Both the position numbers and the translations under genes were made by a program. The notes beneath the pieces were generated by a model, which saw nothing but the letters and a program-made list of their open reading frames with translations, was not told where the DNA came from and did not search any database. DNA of 64,000 nt from Basidiobolus ranarum (Eukaryota): assembly GCA_040143965.1 (NCBI GenBank), contig JASJQH010006877.1, positions 1-64,000 of the forward strand, in the 5' to 3' direction. Below are positions 12,963 through 30,928 of the stretch, piece after piece. Each line of letters starts with the position of its first letter. Position 1 is the stretch's first letter.

Positions 12963-15296
12963 TTACAAAATTTGGCAATAGGAAACTTCATTCTTGGGGA
13001 ACTGTTTGACCAATTGTCCATTAACCTGCTCTCTGAACACACGAATTACTTGAAATCCAGGTTCATCACATGTCCATTCCAAAAAGCCAATATCCGCATC
13101 CTTCCATTTCCAGGTTCCAGAGCTTATAATTACATGACATTCATTTTCGGGATATTGTAGCCTGGGAACATAAATCAGATTAGTGTTTGTCGAAGCGTTC
13201 TCTTGATGTTCATAGGTAAAGTGGAATTTGCCACTCAATCGATCAAAATCAAGAGATATAGGTTCACCACAAACAGCCATAGGATATGGCCTTATAATTG
13301 CTGAAAGTGCTCTTCCACCATCAGATGTCTGGAATATATTATCAAGCTCCTTCGTAGTGGGGTGAGAAATTTCATTCCGAGTACTATCTTTGAACTTGTT
13401 GGAAGAGTGTTTGCGGCTTTTTAGGGCTTGAGTAGATCGGGAAAATATAGACAAATCCTCTCCATTCCATTGATCTCCCCAGTAATGACAATTATCTGGG
13501 CAATAGGTCCACAAAGTAAAATGTAAAAGATTCTTTTCCAAAGCGTTTAGATTCGCATCCATTGCCAGGATCTGTTGAGAGTAATCGTTGGTACGGTAAG
13601 CCACCTTATCGTCCATATCGAAAGGAATGCCGATTTCGCCGATCAAGCAAGGGTAGTTTCCTAATTTTCAAGTTGATGCTCATCATTACGCTGTAGTACA
13701 TGGTTAAAAATACTCTATATTTACCTATATATCTGGTTCCCTCATCCTTGATGATCCGCAATTGATCTACAAAACATTGTCGAACGGCCTTGGATCCAAA
13801 TCTTAAAGCCTGCAAGATAGTTTTGTAGTGGCCTCGCTTGTATCCAACAAAATCGATGTTCCACCAGCTCCAATGCTTATTAACCAACGTAAGTCCATCA
13901 TAGAAATGAGGAGCAAATACTATATTTTTAGTGTCAGAATCATTCCATTGGGGAGGTATCTCGTTGACCGGAGGCTCTATGAATACAATAGCATTAGGCT
14001 GAGCTGATCTGACTGCGCTTGCGAAACGGTTGACGAAAGGCTTCCAACAATGTTCCTCGAAATCCACCGGAATATCGGTTTCAGGGAAATTACTGAAATA
14101 GTCCGGCTTGAGTAGCTTTCCAGTGGATCTGTCCCATACTCCATGTTCGGCCCATATACAGCCGCCAAAGAAGGTTGCGTCCCATGAATACTCATCGAAT
14201 TTATCGCTCTCAGAATTACTAAATTGATCTTTAGACTTTAACCAAGCTGAATTCCCGTGAGGATCAATTCGTATGCTGCCTTTTCTTCGAGGCCCGAATG
14301 ATCCAACATCCCAAGTCTCAACAGTGCAAGCATGCCCTTCTCCCATCAACATGGTTTGAAAGGGTGTTGGAGTCACTCCCTTCTTTAGCACTTGATCATC
14401 AGAGATGTACTGCAAGTTTTTGGTTCCGATCCAACCTTTAGAGGGTTCATTCAGAGTATCATAGCCGGTCACAACGTCATCCAAGCCTTCGTCGACGATA
14501 CGTTTAGCAAGAACTTTGTAAGCTTGAAAATACTTAGTTTGTAGGTATTCCTGAATATTTACTCCATCGACAATGAATTTTTTCGCGAATATCGATCCAC
14601 CAAAAAATAACGTGAACATTGTGGCTGTAGCTAATTTGTAATAATTTGTCGACCAAATCATTTTTGGAAAGTTTGTTGGTTCAGAATACGTGTTATGAAC
14701 TATAGCTGCTTCAGTATCTTGGAATTGCGTCATGTCCAATCCAGCCAACGTTAATGTCCACCCAGGAGCACCTGAACCGCCAGTAAAGCGAGACCACTGG
14801 ATATTTGGTAAAACTTTAGAGAAAGTTTACATAACAAGAGGCTGACTTTAAGTCAAGACTTACCACATCTTGGTGAGGATCGATGAAACACTTGAACTCG
14901 TATTCACGCGCTTTTTTAAATATTTCCACTAAATAGTCCATATATTCCACATCGTATTCGCCACTTAATTATTTCTTTGTTTAGAGGTTGTCAAAGGGAA
15001 TATACGAAATCAAATACTTACGGGCCAGCATGCTCTAAAGCCTCCCATGGGACTAAGAGTCGTAGGAAATTGAATCCCCAAGCACGAAGTCTTCCGAAAT
15101 GTTCGTCAGCTTCTTCCAAGGGAAAGGGGCGGTTTATAAAGCTTACCGTTCTATGTTGGAAAAAAAGTTTACGTTCATGTGACGGTACTAATGGTGGTGT
15201 TTTACTGGAACCAGCCAGGTTTACTCCTCTCAAAATAACCCTACGCCCTAGGTTATCTTTGAACCAGGGCCCGTCCAAGGAAAAAGTTGTAGACAT
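12963..15296 (-). CDS. GH5 endoglycoceramidase-related glycosidase (EGCrP / Egh1-like steryl-beta-glucosidase)
   Basis: GRRVILRGVNLAG, RPFPLEEADEHF, WEALEHAGP, IDPHQDV, GSGAPGWT, GYDTLNEP (acid/base Glu), APHFYDG, IGEIGIPFDM (nucleophile), WGDQWNGEDLSIF. Confidence 0.92.
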
Positions 15297-15893
15297 ATGC
15301 ACCTCCTAGATGATTTGATACTTTCAAGGTAGTTGGGGAAGATACGATAGCTTTATTTATGAGATAAACTGCCTAATACGTATATATATACATATTTCAA
15401 TATCTCTGTTACTGAACCAAAAAATAAAGGCTATTTGCGCCTCATCAATGGGAATATAATCTCGCCTTTTTACGTAGCTAAATATAGCGCTCTAATAAAG
15501 TATGTCACCCAATGACGTAAATAAATTTTGACCGATGAATGAGCCTCAAAGTTACCAGGATGTTCTTAGCCAAGTGGCTCGAAAGTTAAAATGATGGAGT
15601 ATTTGCTTCATTATTCGCAGGTCAGCACCATTATTAATGGTTTGTTCATGCTCACTTCATTCTGCATGAATTGAATGCCAAAAAATGTTTACTTAATAGG
15701 CGAAGGGAATACAATTTAGCAGTCGCAAATGGGATATCCCAAAGATTTTAAATCTCAATCGAACCCTTAACTGCGGCAGTCGATCGGAAATTCTCATTTG
15801 GAATTGGTAGACTGCTAGATTCAAGTTACAGAATAGACAACGGAGCAATATATCTAGGTAAACTTCTCTTTTCCCTACTCTGCGAGCTTAGTG

Positions 15894-17680
15894 ATGTGGG
15901 AAAAAGGTGAGAAAGTTATTCTGGAATTTCCGGTACATCATAAAAAAAAAGAAGGTACTATATACCTGACTACGAAAAGACTCGCTTGGAGAATGAAAGG
16001 TGCTACTAATCTTGGTGTCTCGTTAGTACATTCGAATTTTAGAGGTACTTTCCTTCTATATCACTCTTCTCTTAGATTTTTAGTAATTTTCACCTCAAAA
16101 GCCCAACATGTCAGTCCAGCCTCGTCGGCGAAAATAATGTTGAAGCTAACAGTTTCTGACAAAGGAGTAGAGCTCTCATACACCTTTAACTTTGTTTCCC
16201 AGAATGCCAGAACTGACCGTGAACAGATAAAAGATAAAATCACCGAGATTTTGGCTAGGGTTCTGACCGCCACTGATCTAAATACACTTCCCAAACCCAC
16301 GGGAGCCTCGGACAGTAGCTCTGCGAGTAGCGTTCAGCCTCAAACTCGTCCTGCTGTTTCAGCGATTGACTTGAAAATTCGGCAAAATCTACTTAGTAGA
16401 AACGAAGAACTTGGGAAATTGCATCAACAATTAGTTGTCTCAGGTCATATTTCACAAGAAGAATTCTGGGAAACGCGACAAGTAAGTCCCCGTATTTACA
16501 AATAATACGCTTGGCTAAGTAAATCATGTTAACACCTATATAGCATTTACTGGAGAATCAAACCGCGAAGATGAATCAAAAGCGCGGCCAATCATCAGCT
16601 TGGGTCAATTTGAAACCCACCCAACAAGAAGGAACAGACCTTCAGTATACCTTAACACCAGAAATCATCCATGGCATATTTCTTCAATACCCGGCAGTTA
16701 AAAGGGCATATGATGACAATGTCCCGGATAAATTGTCAGAAGAGGCTTTCTGGAGACGGTATTTTGCGTCGAAGTTATTTCATCGAGTACGACGATCACG
16801 AAGTACTGCTGACCACAAAGACGATATATTTGACAAATATCTGGAGGAAGATGAAATAGCAATAGCAAACTCTAGCAAGAGCATACGCATCGAAGATCTC
16901 CCTAGTGTCTTGAATTTGGACGCGACTTCTGAAGACCATCCAGAAACTGGAAACAAGCCAAACTTCACTATGGTCCCTGGGAGCAACTCTCAGCCACTCT
17001 CATTGATTAGACGATTTAACTTATTCTCAGAGCAGATTCTGAAGAACGCCGACTCGCACGATCATGTCCGAAGAAAAGAAGATATTGAAAAAGAGATCTT
17101 GTTGCCAGATCTACAGGAGAACCACGACTCAAGCGTGCTATACCTCGATATAAGAGATCAAACAAGATATTTCGAAAACATTGGAGAATATACCCACGAT
17201 AACGTAGGCGTAGATTACCCAAGCATTTTGTCTAGATTTAAGAGAGGTTACGAGGAAGTTGATCTGGGATCAGTGGAGATCGATCCATTTATTCAAACTG
17301 ATGTTTCACGGAGTATAAGTAGAGACATTGTAAACAAGCGGCAAGCCCATAATTATGACATTAGACAGTTGGACATTCCTCCCAACGTTTTACGAGAAAT
17401 CAGCAGTTGTCAGATTAGTGCAAAAGAGCTTCTGAGACACTTTTGGGCATCTATATTACCAGAATTAGACGAGTCCATTGAAACAGCACGAGACAATCCT
17501 AACGAGAAGAAGGCAAAAAGAATGATTGAAGCATTGAAAAAAATAAACGAGAGAATGAGGTCAGCCATGATAGCTGCAGAGGCTGAGCGCTTTGACCTAG
17601 ACAAAGTAGAGAGTATGATGAAGCCTACCATTTTGGCAATTTCAAACGCATTCAGCATTCATGCAACTCGTAATAGTTAA
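15894..17680 (+). CDS. TFB1: TFIIH subunit Tfb1/p62 (PH-like plus BSD domains)
   Basis: N-terminal KKKEGTIYL..SPASSAKIMLKL; BSD motifs LHQQLVVSGHISQEEFWETR and IFLQYPAVKRAYDDNVPDKLSEEAFWRRYF; ELLRHFW. Confidence 0.9.
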
Positions 17681-17912
17681 GCTCTGATTATTTGACCGAG
17701 CTGCAGTCTCCCTCTACCAGTCTCGAATGTTGCTTTTCCTGTTAAGTAAATCAGGCTTGGAGATGTCTGATTCACTCGAATAGAACATATGTTAGATTCA
17801 TTAATGATGTACATATAAACCGAATCTACGGATAAATCCTTCGAATGAATGAATTTATTAAACATGTAAATTGGGCTATTTGGTTTTATGCTATGATTTG
17901 TGGACTACTCAA

Positions 17913-21595
<3,683 letters not shown>

Positions 21596-22100
21596 TATTC
21601 ACTATTTAGTCTTCCTCTCTTTTGGTGAATATCTAACCTTAAGGTACGTCAAACCTTCCTCCACTTAACTACTCATCAGATTGGACTGCTCTCAATTTAT
21701 AAAATTCATTCGAGTATAAATTTTTCCTCTCCATATTAGTACACAATCTTATTGACATTCAATACCACGCTGTACACAACTCAGGTAGCATATAATCACG
21801 TGATTAAGGTTCACTTTCTATTACCGTAATACCAAGTATGGATGTTGGAATATTCCGATGCAAGATTTACTTAGTCATTTGCCGAGTAATAGATGGTTTG
21901 AGTAATGGATGGTTTGAATAATAAGAAGGATAGAGATTCATTATTACACAAACTCGCCAAGTGGAATCCATAAAAGCATCATTTGAAAGACTAACGTGTG
22001 TGTAATAATTTTATTAAGCCATCGAGAAGCGAAATTACATAGTAGAATGAGAGAAACTCCTACTTAATGCGAAATATTCAAAGGGGTTTACTTACCGCAT

Positions 22101-22526
22101 TTAAGCCTTAGCGACTTGAGCACTAATACGATCAAGATCACGTTGACCATCTTGAGTAAGAGAACGACCACCCTTGGCTGACTTTTCGATGATGCTGATC
22201 TTCTCCAAAGCTTGGAGAACTTTACGGGCAACGGAGCCAGATCCATCAGCATGGTGAGAAGGACGACTACCACGGTTCTTGCTGCCACCGTGAAGACGTC
22301 TCAAATGACCTACACCGATGGTCTTGTGGAGATAAATATGACGAGCAATAGAAGCAGCACGAATGTAGAACCAGTCTTGGTCATAAGGACCGAGTTCTTT
22401 GTAAGTAGCGGTCTTTGCTAAATCAACCCACTTGGGAACTTCAAGTTTGCCGGAGCGCTTTAAGTGAGCGGCGTAAGCCTTGATAAAGGCGTGAGAGTTT
22501 ACGTCCTTAACAGTGATACCAGCCAT
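22101..22526 (-). CDS. RPS19: 40S ribosomal protein S19 (eS19); a 5'UTR intron ends immediately before the ATG
   Basis: MAGITVKDV..LKRSGKLEVPKWVD..DWFYIRAASIARHIY..GQRDLDRI; GTCAGT donor near 22661 and TTTAG|ATG acceptor. Confidence 0.97.
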   Translation of the reverse strand: MAGITVKDVNSHAFIKAYAAHLKRSGKLEVPKWVDLAKTATYKELGPYDQDWFYIRAASIARHIYLHKTIGVGHLRRLHGGSKNRGSRPSHHADGSGSVARKVLQALEKISIIEKSAKGGRSLTQDGQRDLDRISAQVAKA

Positions 22527-23229
22527 CTAAAATATTAAACATGAGTACCTCTTGCTATAAGTAATTCCACTTTCCCTCCATAACATCTTTCACCAACCAC
22601 AAAATCAACATTTATCCTTTTCTACTGCGAAATGAGTTGAAGAAATGGTTGCTTTACTGACCTTCAAATGTCGTCCGTGTAAGGGGTGAAAGAGAGCGAA
22701 CGGCTCATACAAGTACTCACTCCTTATACCTCGGCTTTGATTAACTGAATTTGTATTGGCTAAAACTAAGAAATATCTATTCTGATCCAATCAGGTCTGA
22801 AGAATGAAATATCGCCATACTTGGTCTTAACTTGGATCGTAACTAATTTAGAGCTGTTAATAGACAACAAAAACCTTGAACAGTGTTATTTAACAAATTA
22901 CTGCATCAAACCTACTAAATATCGCTATATGCTTAGTGTCTGGGCATCAATCTATCTCTATAGGCTCAATGTCAGGCCAGCAATTCGGTTCAACGATACA
23001 TACTATCACAATATATAATTAAATGCTCAATCATACTATCTATAAAACTTGAGTCTTCCGATGACTGTATTGTAATCTAAACTATCATTGTATGAAATTA
23101 TTGGAGAAAACCCGTAACTGATGCCGTTAACTTGGCTCAAAGTAGTTCATATACTCAGGTGATTTGGTTTAATAAGAGTAGTATAAAATGGGTCAATTAA
23201 TACAAGAGGGATGAGAAGTCATTAACTGA

Positions 23230-23976
23230 TTAAAACTTCATGCCTAGTCTGTGTTCCATAGAAACGTGAACATCCATCATCTGAGTAGACAAGGCAGGAT
23301 CTAGGAAGAGGAGTAACGGATATAAATATCGGAATTTGAATATAACTATTAGATAATAATACTTACCGTTCAAGTAATCTTCAAAATCGATATGTTCATC
23401 TTTACCGGTCAAGATATCGAGACCAAAGTTTGAAGAGGGAAGTACTGGAAGACGACGGTTCTATTTGTACCATTGAAATTATTACTAATGGAAATCATAA
23501 ATTGGAGTATATACAGTTACATACGCGTGAGACGATATCTCTTTCCATAAGGAGTCTGACTGGAGCGTGGATACCATAAAGCTGACGTTGCATATTCAAC
23601 TTAAGATTGGTTTGAGTTTCATCCCACTTTGAAATATCACCCAACAATTAGTAATTCGAAATTATTAATTAAACCTAATATCAAATCTTACGTTTTCTAG
23701 CTTTGATTCTAAAGGATGACCAGCGGTGACATCGCTAGCAACTGATTTGAATCCGTGACGAAGAGTATCATGAACTTTGAAAGAGTTGGTTGTTTCACTG
23801 AAACTATGCTTCTCAGATTCAGAGGAGTAGTTACTAGGAAAGATTCGAAGAGAATTGGAGGCCTAAATATATAGAAGTAATAAAATTCATTACTACGTCG
23901 TATACATTTGTAACAAAAGAGTAACAGATCTACTGAATTTAGAAAAATCCCAAGAAATAAAGTGAATGTTTACCAT
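23230..23976 (-). CDS. UMP1: Proteasome maturation factor Ump1/POMP, 5 exons (first coding exon is the ATG only)
   Basis: Spliced reading: VHDTLRHG..HPLESKLEN/WDETQ..RQLYGIHAPVRLLME..LDILTGKDEHIDFEDYLN/..HVSMEHRLGMKF*. Confidence 0.92.
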
Positions 23977-24362
23977 AATTTATGTGTAAAGTTTGAAAAC
24001 TGATTCAAGTACACCACTGTATATTAGAGTTTACTTTCACTTGTTACTTGGTTATTTTCCGTTGACGCAACCCAATTTGTGATTACGTACACAAATGCTA
24101 ACAAGCTACCTCAAATGATTGAAATTTTTATATGTTGATCAAATCCAGCAGTAAATTCCAATAATTAGTGTAACTACATGAAATGATTAACCAAACCAAA
24201 ACTATTCACTCCAAAATTGCCAATCCACGAAAAATTCACTTAACAATAGCCCCTTGTATAATCTTAACCCCATATATACTCAAGATAAATTTGATTTCAG
24301 TTTAAGATATTCTACAAATTTATTTACTTCTCATTAGTTCTAGCTGGTTATTAAGAAGCAAA

Positions 24363-26851
24363 ATGACTTCAACACGACCAAGTAGAAATTCCGAAGCGCG
24401 TGGTTATAGAAACGCGACTAATGAGCATGATCGTTTGAAACGAGCACTTGTAGAGCCAGTGCAATCATGGTAATACATATTTATTTTACAACAGAGCCTT
24501 TGACTCGACACGTTTATTTGTTTGGGCATCAGGCGTGGTGAAATATTTGATTCAAATACTGGTTGAGTAGCATAAATACTTACTAATCTTCATTTATATT
24601 TTACATTGGCTCTTGTACAAAGGGTGAAAAAATGGACTTTTCCAAATAATAGTAAACATCTACAGATCTACAAATGGGTAAAAGGTAAGAAAGCATTTTT
24701 TCAGTAGATAGATATTTCGATTATCTATATTGACGAAGCTCCCTTTTTCTTACCATTTATTTCTTCGACCGCTTGAATCTTATAGCTGACAGAGAGCACG
24801 ATTTTGAGGACGATTCCTCTGACGATGAGCCCTATCCAATAGCAGCTTCTGAGGTGAGCTATTTGTTTTTTTTGAATAACACTGAAGTTTGGTCTAAAAT
24901 TCTTTTCAATATACTATCCAGACCGAAACCTCTACACTAGCTAAAAAACGAGGTAAAAGCGACGAGGAGATAATTGATGACTCGATAAAGCGACAAAGAT
25001 CAGATGCTGGTGGAGATACAGATGTGGATACACCTAAATTAGATAATTTCAATACGCCACAAGATGATACACCTGGTTCAGTTACAGTGACACATGCTTC
25101 TAGCGTGAATACCCCAGACGTAAACTCAACCATTGACACGCCGATAGATAAGGCTTCTGATATGAATTCTCAGTCATCGGCCAAAACTAGTTCACCAGTT
25201 AACACTACCTCGATTGAAAATACCAATTCACAAATGAACTCACCCATGGAGGAAACTGTTGATTCATCCGTTGAAACACCTTTAGAGAGTACGTACGCAC
25301 CATCAGTGGATAGCCCACCTGATTCCGTTCCTGTATCCAGTGGCAATATGATTGAGAAATCTGGCTTAAACGAATCTTTTGTAACCACTCCTTCAGAAAA
25401 TGCAGAGCTAGAGAATGATTCAGCTGAGCAGCTCGAGGTTGATTCTCAAAAGGACAAGTCAGAGATTGAAACTGAAATTGAACAAAAACCAACACCTAGT
25501 AACTCTAATGACTCAAGTGAGCAGTTACTCGAGAGCAATTCTCAGAAGGATACATCGGAAGTCGAAGACAACAAAACATTAACTAACTCCAATGATTCGG
25601 CTGAATCGCTACTCGAAGGGGGTTCCCAAAAGGATATATCGGAAGCTGAGCAAACCAACACAGAGAATCAAATTGAAGTTTTACCTAGTCAAGAGAGCTC
25701 AAGTGCTGATGTTAACATGGAGGATGCTTTTGTAGAGGAGAAAGATTCACAAGAGGTATCAGTGACAGAACCAGTTAGCCCAACAGGTGTTGAGACTGCT
25801 CAAGAAGAGATAACAACCACGCTAAATGATACCATTTCTCCAATGGAGGAGTCTGAACCAGACCATTCAATTTCGAATGAAGTAGTGGATGAAGTATTGG
25901 CTTCCACTGAATTAGATGAATCTTCAGGACAGTCGAACAACATCAAAACACCACCTGCAGAAATCGCTGAGAGCCGTGAGCTTTCTGAAGATATGACTGT
26001 CGATACTAACAATGAGACTACAGAGGCAGAAAAAGAAAATCGCTCGGATATACAAAGTCAGGCAGTAGTCAATCCCACCAATCCATCTGATGTTGCTCAA
26101 CAAAACCCAGAAGCACCAGACTCTAGTGCTGGAATTGAGTTGCAGAGCGAGCTCCAAGATAATATTGGTGATTAAACACTTTTTGCAAATGTAACCGTGT
26201 AATGCTTACTAAACAGTATTTGGTTTTTTTATAGAATCAGCAGCCCAGGTAGAAGATATTAACGCACCAAACGAGAGTCAATCTTTCGATGAAGTACCAG
26301 AAAATATTGAGATTGAAAAAGAATCTCCAACTTTGGAAGTACAAAGTAATCCTACCGAAGTGGCGAACACTACACAAACAGAGGATTTAAAGCCTGATGC
26401 TCAGAGTGTGTTGTCGAATGCTGATGACAATCAATCAGTTCAGATCACTTTACCAGAAGCAAAAGAAGACGATATTATCACTGACAGTATTGCTGTAGAA
26501 AACTCCAAATTAGCTGATGATACCACGGAACTCCCTGAAGAAATCACACATCAAGTCGCTGAAAATCCACCACAAGATGTCAATGAAGTTGATACCAATG
26601 ATGCAGTGCCTGAGATTTCTCTATCTGAGAATGTCACTCCTCAGCTCTCGACCGATCCGGTAAAACACACTCAAGACGAAATATTGGCCACAGAACCTGA
26701 AGCAGAAGGTTTGGGAAAACCAGCCGAAGAGATCGTCCCTGCGGAGAATGAGACTATTGAGGAGAAACAAGAAAGTCCGCCTAAAGAAAAGCAGAGTTCT
26801 GCTTTAGGAGCTTTGTGCAGTTATTCGGATGACTTATCCGAAAGTGACTAG
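24363..26851 (+). CDS. Long acidic low-complexity protein with a BCL7-like N-terminal domain, 5 exons
   Basis: Spliced N-terminus MTSTRPSRNSEARGYRNATNEHDRLKRALVEPVQSWVKKWTFPNNSKHLQIYKWVK; putative bipartite NLS KKRGKS..KRQR; E/D/S/T-rich remainder. Confidence 0.75.
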
Positions 26852-27292
26852 GTTCCTTTGGACTACTATTTGAGTGAAAAGGGAAGTTTGTGAAAACTCT
26901 CAAGCCACCTAAATCTAGATAATTACTTCACTACGTAATGTATACTAATATATATGAACTCGACAAGTGTTTTTTCAGTTTTTATATCAACACTTTAAAA
27001 TAAAACGAATCTTGAAACATCTTTTGTGTTGGAATCGTGCCATTTTGAATGAAGTAGTCAGCTCTTTTAACAGATCAAGTAACCACAATAGCATTGATAG
27101 TACAACTCAGGGTTACGTTTAGTTTTGATTCAAGGATTTTACTTTGTTTGCTCGAAATACAAGATACTTGGGTTGCAATCTACTACAAATACGAAAGATA
27201 TAGGGGGAAAGATGATCCATCAGGATTATTTCTACTACTTTATAAATATGCGTTGTTCAAAATTTGCTGACTCGATAAAAGTATCAACGAGT

Positions 27293-28913
27293 TTAATGCT
27301 CATGACTATGATTGCTTCCAGCGTGTTCAACAATCTCAATATTGTCTGTTAATGGAGCCGGGCAGCATGCAGATGGGTCGCAAGCTGATGGGCAACGGAT
27401 CAAACATTGCTCCTAAAGAATTCAAATATTTCGGTTAGAATTTGGTGTACATGGTCGAAAGAAATTTCAACACAAACAGTAAGTAAATAGAGCAAACGAG
27501 GAAATCAACGTACAGTAGTATCTTGTGAAGTGGTGTCAGTCACAGTTGCTAATTTGGGAAATTCGGGTTGAATAGTTACGGAGTGAATTCCATAGGCGTG
27601 AAGCAAGTCTTTGACACTGTTGGCAACTCCCATATAAATCTCGCTGTCTGTTACATGAATATGAACCGAGGCAATGGTCTTGATATCGGATAACTGCCAC
27701 ACATGAAGCTCATGAACTGAGATAACGCCAGGTATCTACATGAATGCAAAATATTAATCTATGAATTCTGAAGAATATGGCTGAAGGGTTTTTTACATTT
27801 TGCATCTCATCCTTAAGGATATCGATAGGAATTGAGTTGGGAACACCTTGCAATAAGATAAAGCATGTGCTTTTAACTAAAAAATAATATCAGGATTAAG
27901 ATCTTTAACCACGGAAAATTCCCACATTTTAAAACTTACCCAAGGGAAGTGAGAAAGTTAGAATGAATGCAGTAATCAAAAGACTGATGATAGGATCCAA
28001 TAAGAATCTCTGTTCAAACTCGCATTTCCAGATAACAATAGAACTAACAATTACAGCAACACTACCAAGAGCATCCCCTAAAACATGAAGGAATACACCA
28101 TGCATGTTAAGTCGACCTCCATCTGCCGCTTTATGGTCGTGATCATGATGGTCGGCGGAGTGGTTATTCGAATGAAGAAGCGAAGTATTTTCATTGGGTT
28201 GATGTTGATGTTCCGCATCAGCACAGATGCGACGGACTTCATCGGCAGTTTGAATAATAGACACAGGAGTGTGAAGGGGATTGGAATCCGAGTGAGAGTG
28301 GGAGTGGCTGTGACCATGAGCGTGACCGTGCTCTAAAGTAACTGAGATGAGAATACAGCAACAGAATATATCTAAAAATAAGAAACTAACCGTGGAAAAG
28401 AAGTAACCCAATGATATTTACTAAAAGACCTAAACCACCCACAATAAGGATGAGTTGAGGGTTCTCGATCTCTGTTGGAATATAAATATAAGTATATGAA
28501 CTTGGTAATCATTTTACTACAGTTCATACCTCTAGGTTCAAAGAATCGTTGGATGGCTTCGACAAAGATGGAGAAACAAAGAGCGACCAAGAATACACCA
28601 TTAATTAAGGCACCTAGAATCTCCGCACGCTGCCAACCGTATGTATATTGGGACGAGTGATTTTTGCTCTCTCCAAGCTGTAATAGCAAAATTGTGTAAG
28701 TAAGACTATATACGGTTGTCTCAATACATAGTGATTTTGATAATATACCTTGATGGCGTACAGAGCAACACACAAACTCAACAAATCGCTCAACATATGA
28801 AAGGAATCGGCAACCAGGGCAATAGAGCCCACCGAATAACCAACAATGAGTTCAGCAAAGAAGAACACAGTGGTGAGGAAGAGCAATAGTGAAAGACGAG
28901 TTGTTCTTTCCAT
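27293..28913 (-). CDS. Cation diffusion facilitator, Zrc1/Cot1/ZnT1-like zinc transporter
   Basis: SIALVADSFHMLSD, YTYGWQRAEILGALINGVFL, His-rich loop, LNMHGVFLHVLGDALG, VHELHVWQLSD, HAYGIHSVTIQPEF, Cys-rich tail CLIRCPSACDPSACC. Confidence 0.94.
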
Positions 28914-30000
28914 AGTGTATGTTACAATTAACAAGAGATGTTTGGATTCCTTTTATCCAAGAAAAAAGTCGAATAAGACTTCTATTTAAATAGACAAAAA
29001 TGACGGAAAATTTTATAACGCATCTATGGACATTATTTATTGTGAATAATAATTTCGTAGATGTGTTTAATCCGATTCATTACAACAAATTTCAATACAT
29101 ATTAGGCAACTTCCGTATACTAAAGTCGTCTTGAGTATTTTTACAACCAAATCAATCCAATTTATCACCAAACAACGATACATAGCCTATCAATCGGTGC
29201 AATTGAAACGCAATGTATCTCTGCTACTTATCAGATCGAAAACGCTTTAGTAGAGTGTGGCCAAAGTTTCTACCTAGAGTGAGTGTGAGCCAGTGAACAC
29301 TAACCGCTGACCCTCCGATCTAGACTTCCTGGACCATATATAGCTAGGGGCCAATGGAGAGTCCGATTGATAAGTCAAAGACCCTTGCCACCTTTGAAGT
29401 AAGATAAGAGCTGATTTTCCATTTGCAGTATACTGCCCTTTTATTTGTTACCAGGTTTTGTTATCAGGTACTGATGAATACAAGGCGAAAGTTGGATGAT
29501 GATATTAGACACAAATCACCGCCAATTTGATTCATGTCTGTAGCTATGGCTACTATGTATATCCAAGAACATTGCCATCTAAAGAGGAATCTCCAAGCCT
29601 CAAGTTACCACAGTCACGGAGAATGCTTCTAATTATGGTCTGTTTGTATGGCTCGTATATCCCTGATATTCTAGACTTCCATCTTTTATGGCTTTTTTGC
29701 AATGATTTACAGCTGTTGAACAGTTTGCCAATAAAAAGTGAGTGAAAAGACCCAATATGGAGGAACCATTGGGGAGTATCAAAATACCCCTGTATCTGAT
29801 AACAAACTGCCGGTTTTCTTCCGTTGCTCTTAAAGGACATTTCTTGATAAAGATTTTTGTTTGATAACAACTTTATTTGGGCTGTATATTCCCCCTCCAG
29901 TGTAGAAATATAGCGAAATCTAGTACTCAAGTTGGCGAATATGAACAACAGACTCTGGTTCAACTATACACTTTATGAAGGAGCATCAGTGTTCAAATGG

Positions 30001-30928
30001 TCATAAATTGGATTTATCATCCTCTTCTCCAGATATCTCAAATCCATCAACCATGGGGATTACCCTCTTTGCGCACTCAATAAGCAGTCCTTCATCCTTA
30101 CCAACAAAAGAAATGATTACGTTTACTTTGCTGTTCTTCCATTTTGGGTAACTACCAATCTTCACTTTCTCGCCCAGCTCCTCTTGAACATCACTGAGGA
30201 CTTGGGCTATTTTGCTCTCAGCCCACATCGTACCTATCAGTTTCCTATAAAACTTTTGACCACTAACGAGGGTCTCAAGATGTGATCTATGATCATTGAG
30301 CAGCTGCTGGAATATTCTAGGAACCCCGGGTAAGATATGAACGTTTTTGTTCACTACAGCTAGAGGGACCCAGAAATCATCGCTAGGGAAGAATACCTGT
30401 GATTGACTAGGAAGTAAAGCCATACGCTTGCGAGCTTCTGTTAGTTCTAGTTGTGGAGAAATTCGAACCATACGCTGTAGTGTCGCTTCATGATACTCCA
30501 CTCGATCTCCAAAAGCTGTAGCAATTGAGGAGTAGGTAATATCATCGTGTGTTGGGCCTGGTGTAAACTCAATTATGTAAGTTAAATATGATACGGCTAA
30601 GCAATAACAATATAGAAGTACAACCTACTCCACCACTAGTGAAGACAATGTCATATTTTTTAGACAGCTGTGTAACGCTTTCTATGATATCAGCCTCAAC
30701 ATCAGGTATAACTTCTACTCTACGTAAGTCCACTCCCAATTCAAATAAATATTTTGCTGTTATGAGGTAATGTTAAAAAAAAATGGAAACATTTAGCACA
30801 GGTTAGACAGAATAAGCTCAAACATAGAATCAACCTAAAAAATTGGTGTTGGTGTCCTGAGTTTTCCCACTCAATATTTCGTCACCAATTATACAGGCAG
30901 CAGCAGTTTTAATGCATGGTGTAGTCAT
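30001..30928 (-). CDS. Molybdopterin-binding (MoCF/CinA-like) domain protein, Fpy1-like / FAD synthase MPTb-like
   Basis: TAAACIIGDEILSGKTQDTNTNF..VEVIPD..VFTSGGV/GPTHDDITY..NVHILPGVPRIF..KIGSYP. Confidence 0.88.

Noticed and set aside
22527-22661. RPS19 5'UTR intron as a possible snoRNA host
   Set aside because: No C (RTGATGA) and D (CTGA) box pair or H/ACA structure recognisable.
29553-29963. 136-aa minus-strand ORF downstream of the Fpy1-like gene
   Set aside because: Non-ATG start, no recognisable motif; probably UTR or intergenic.
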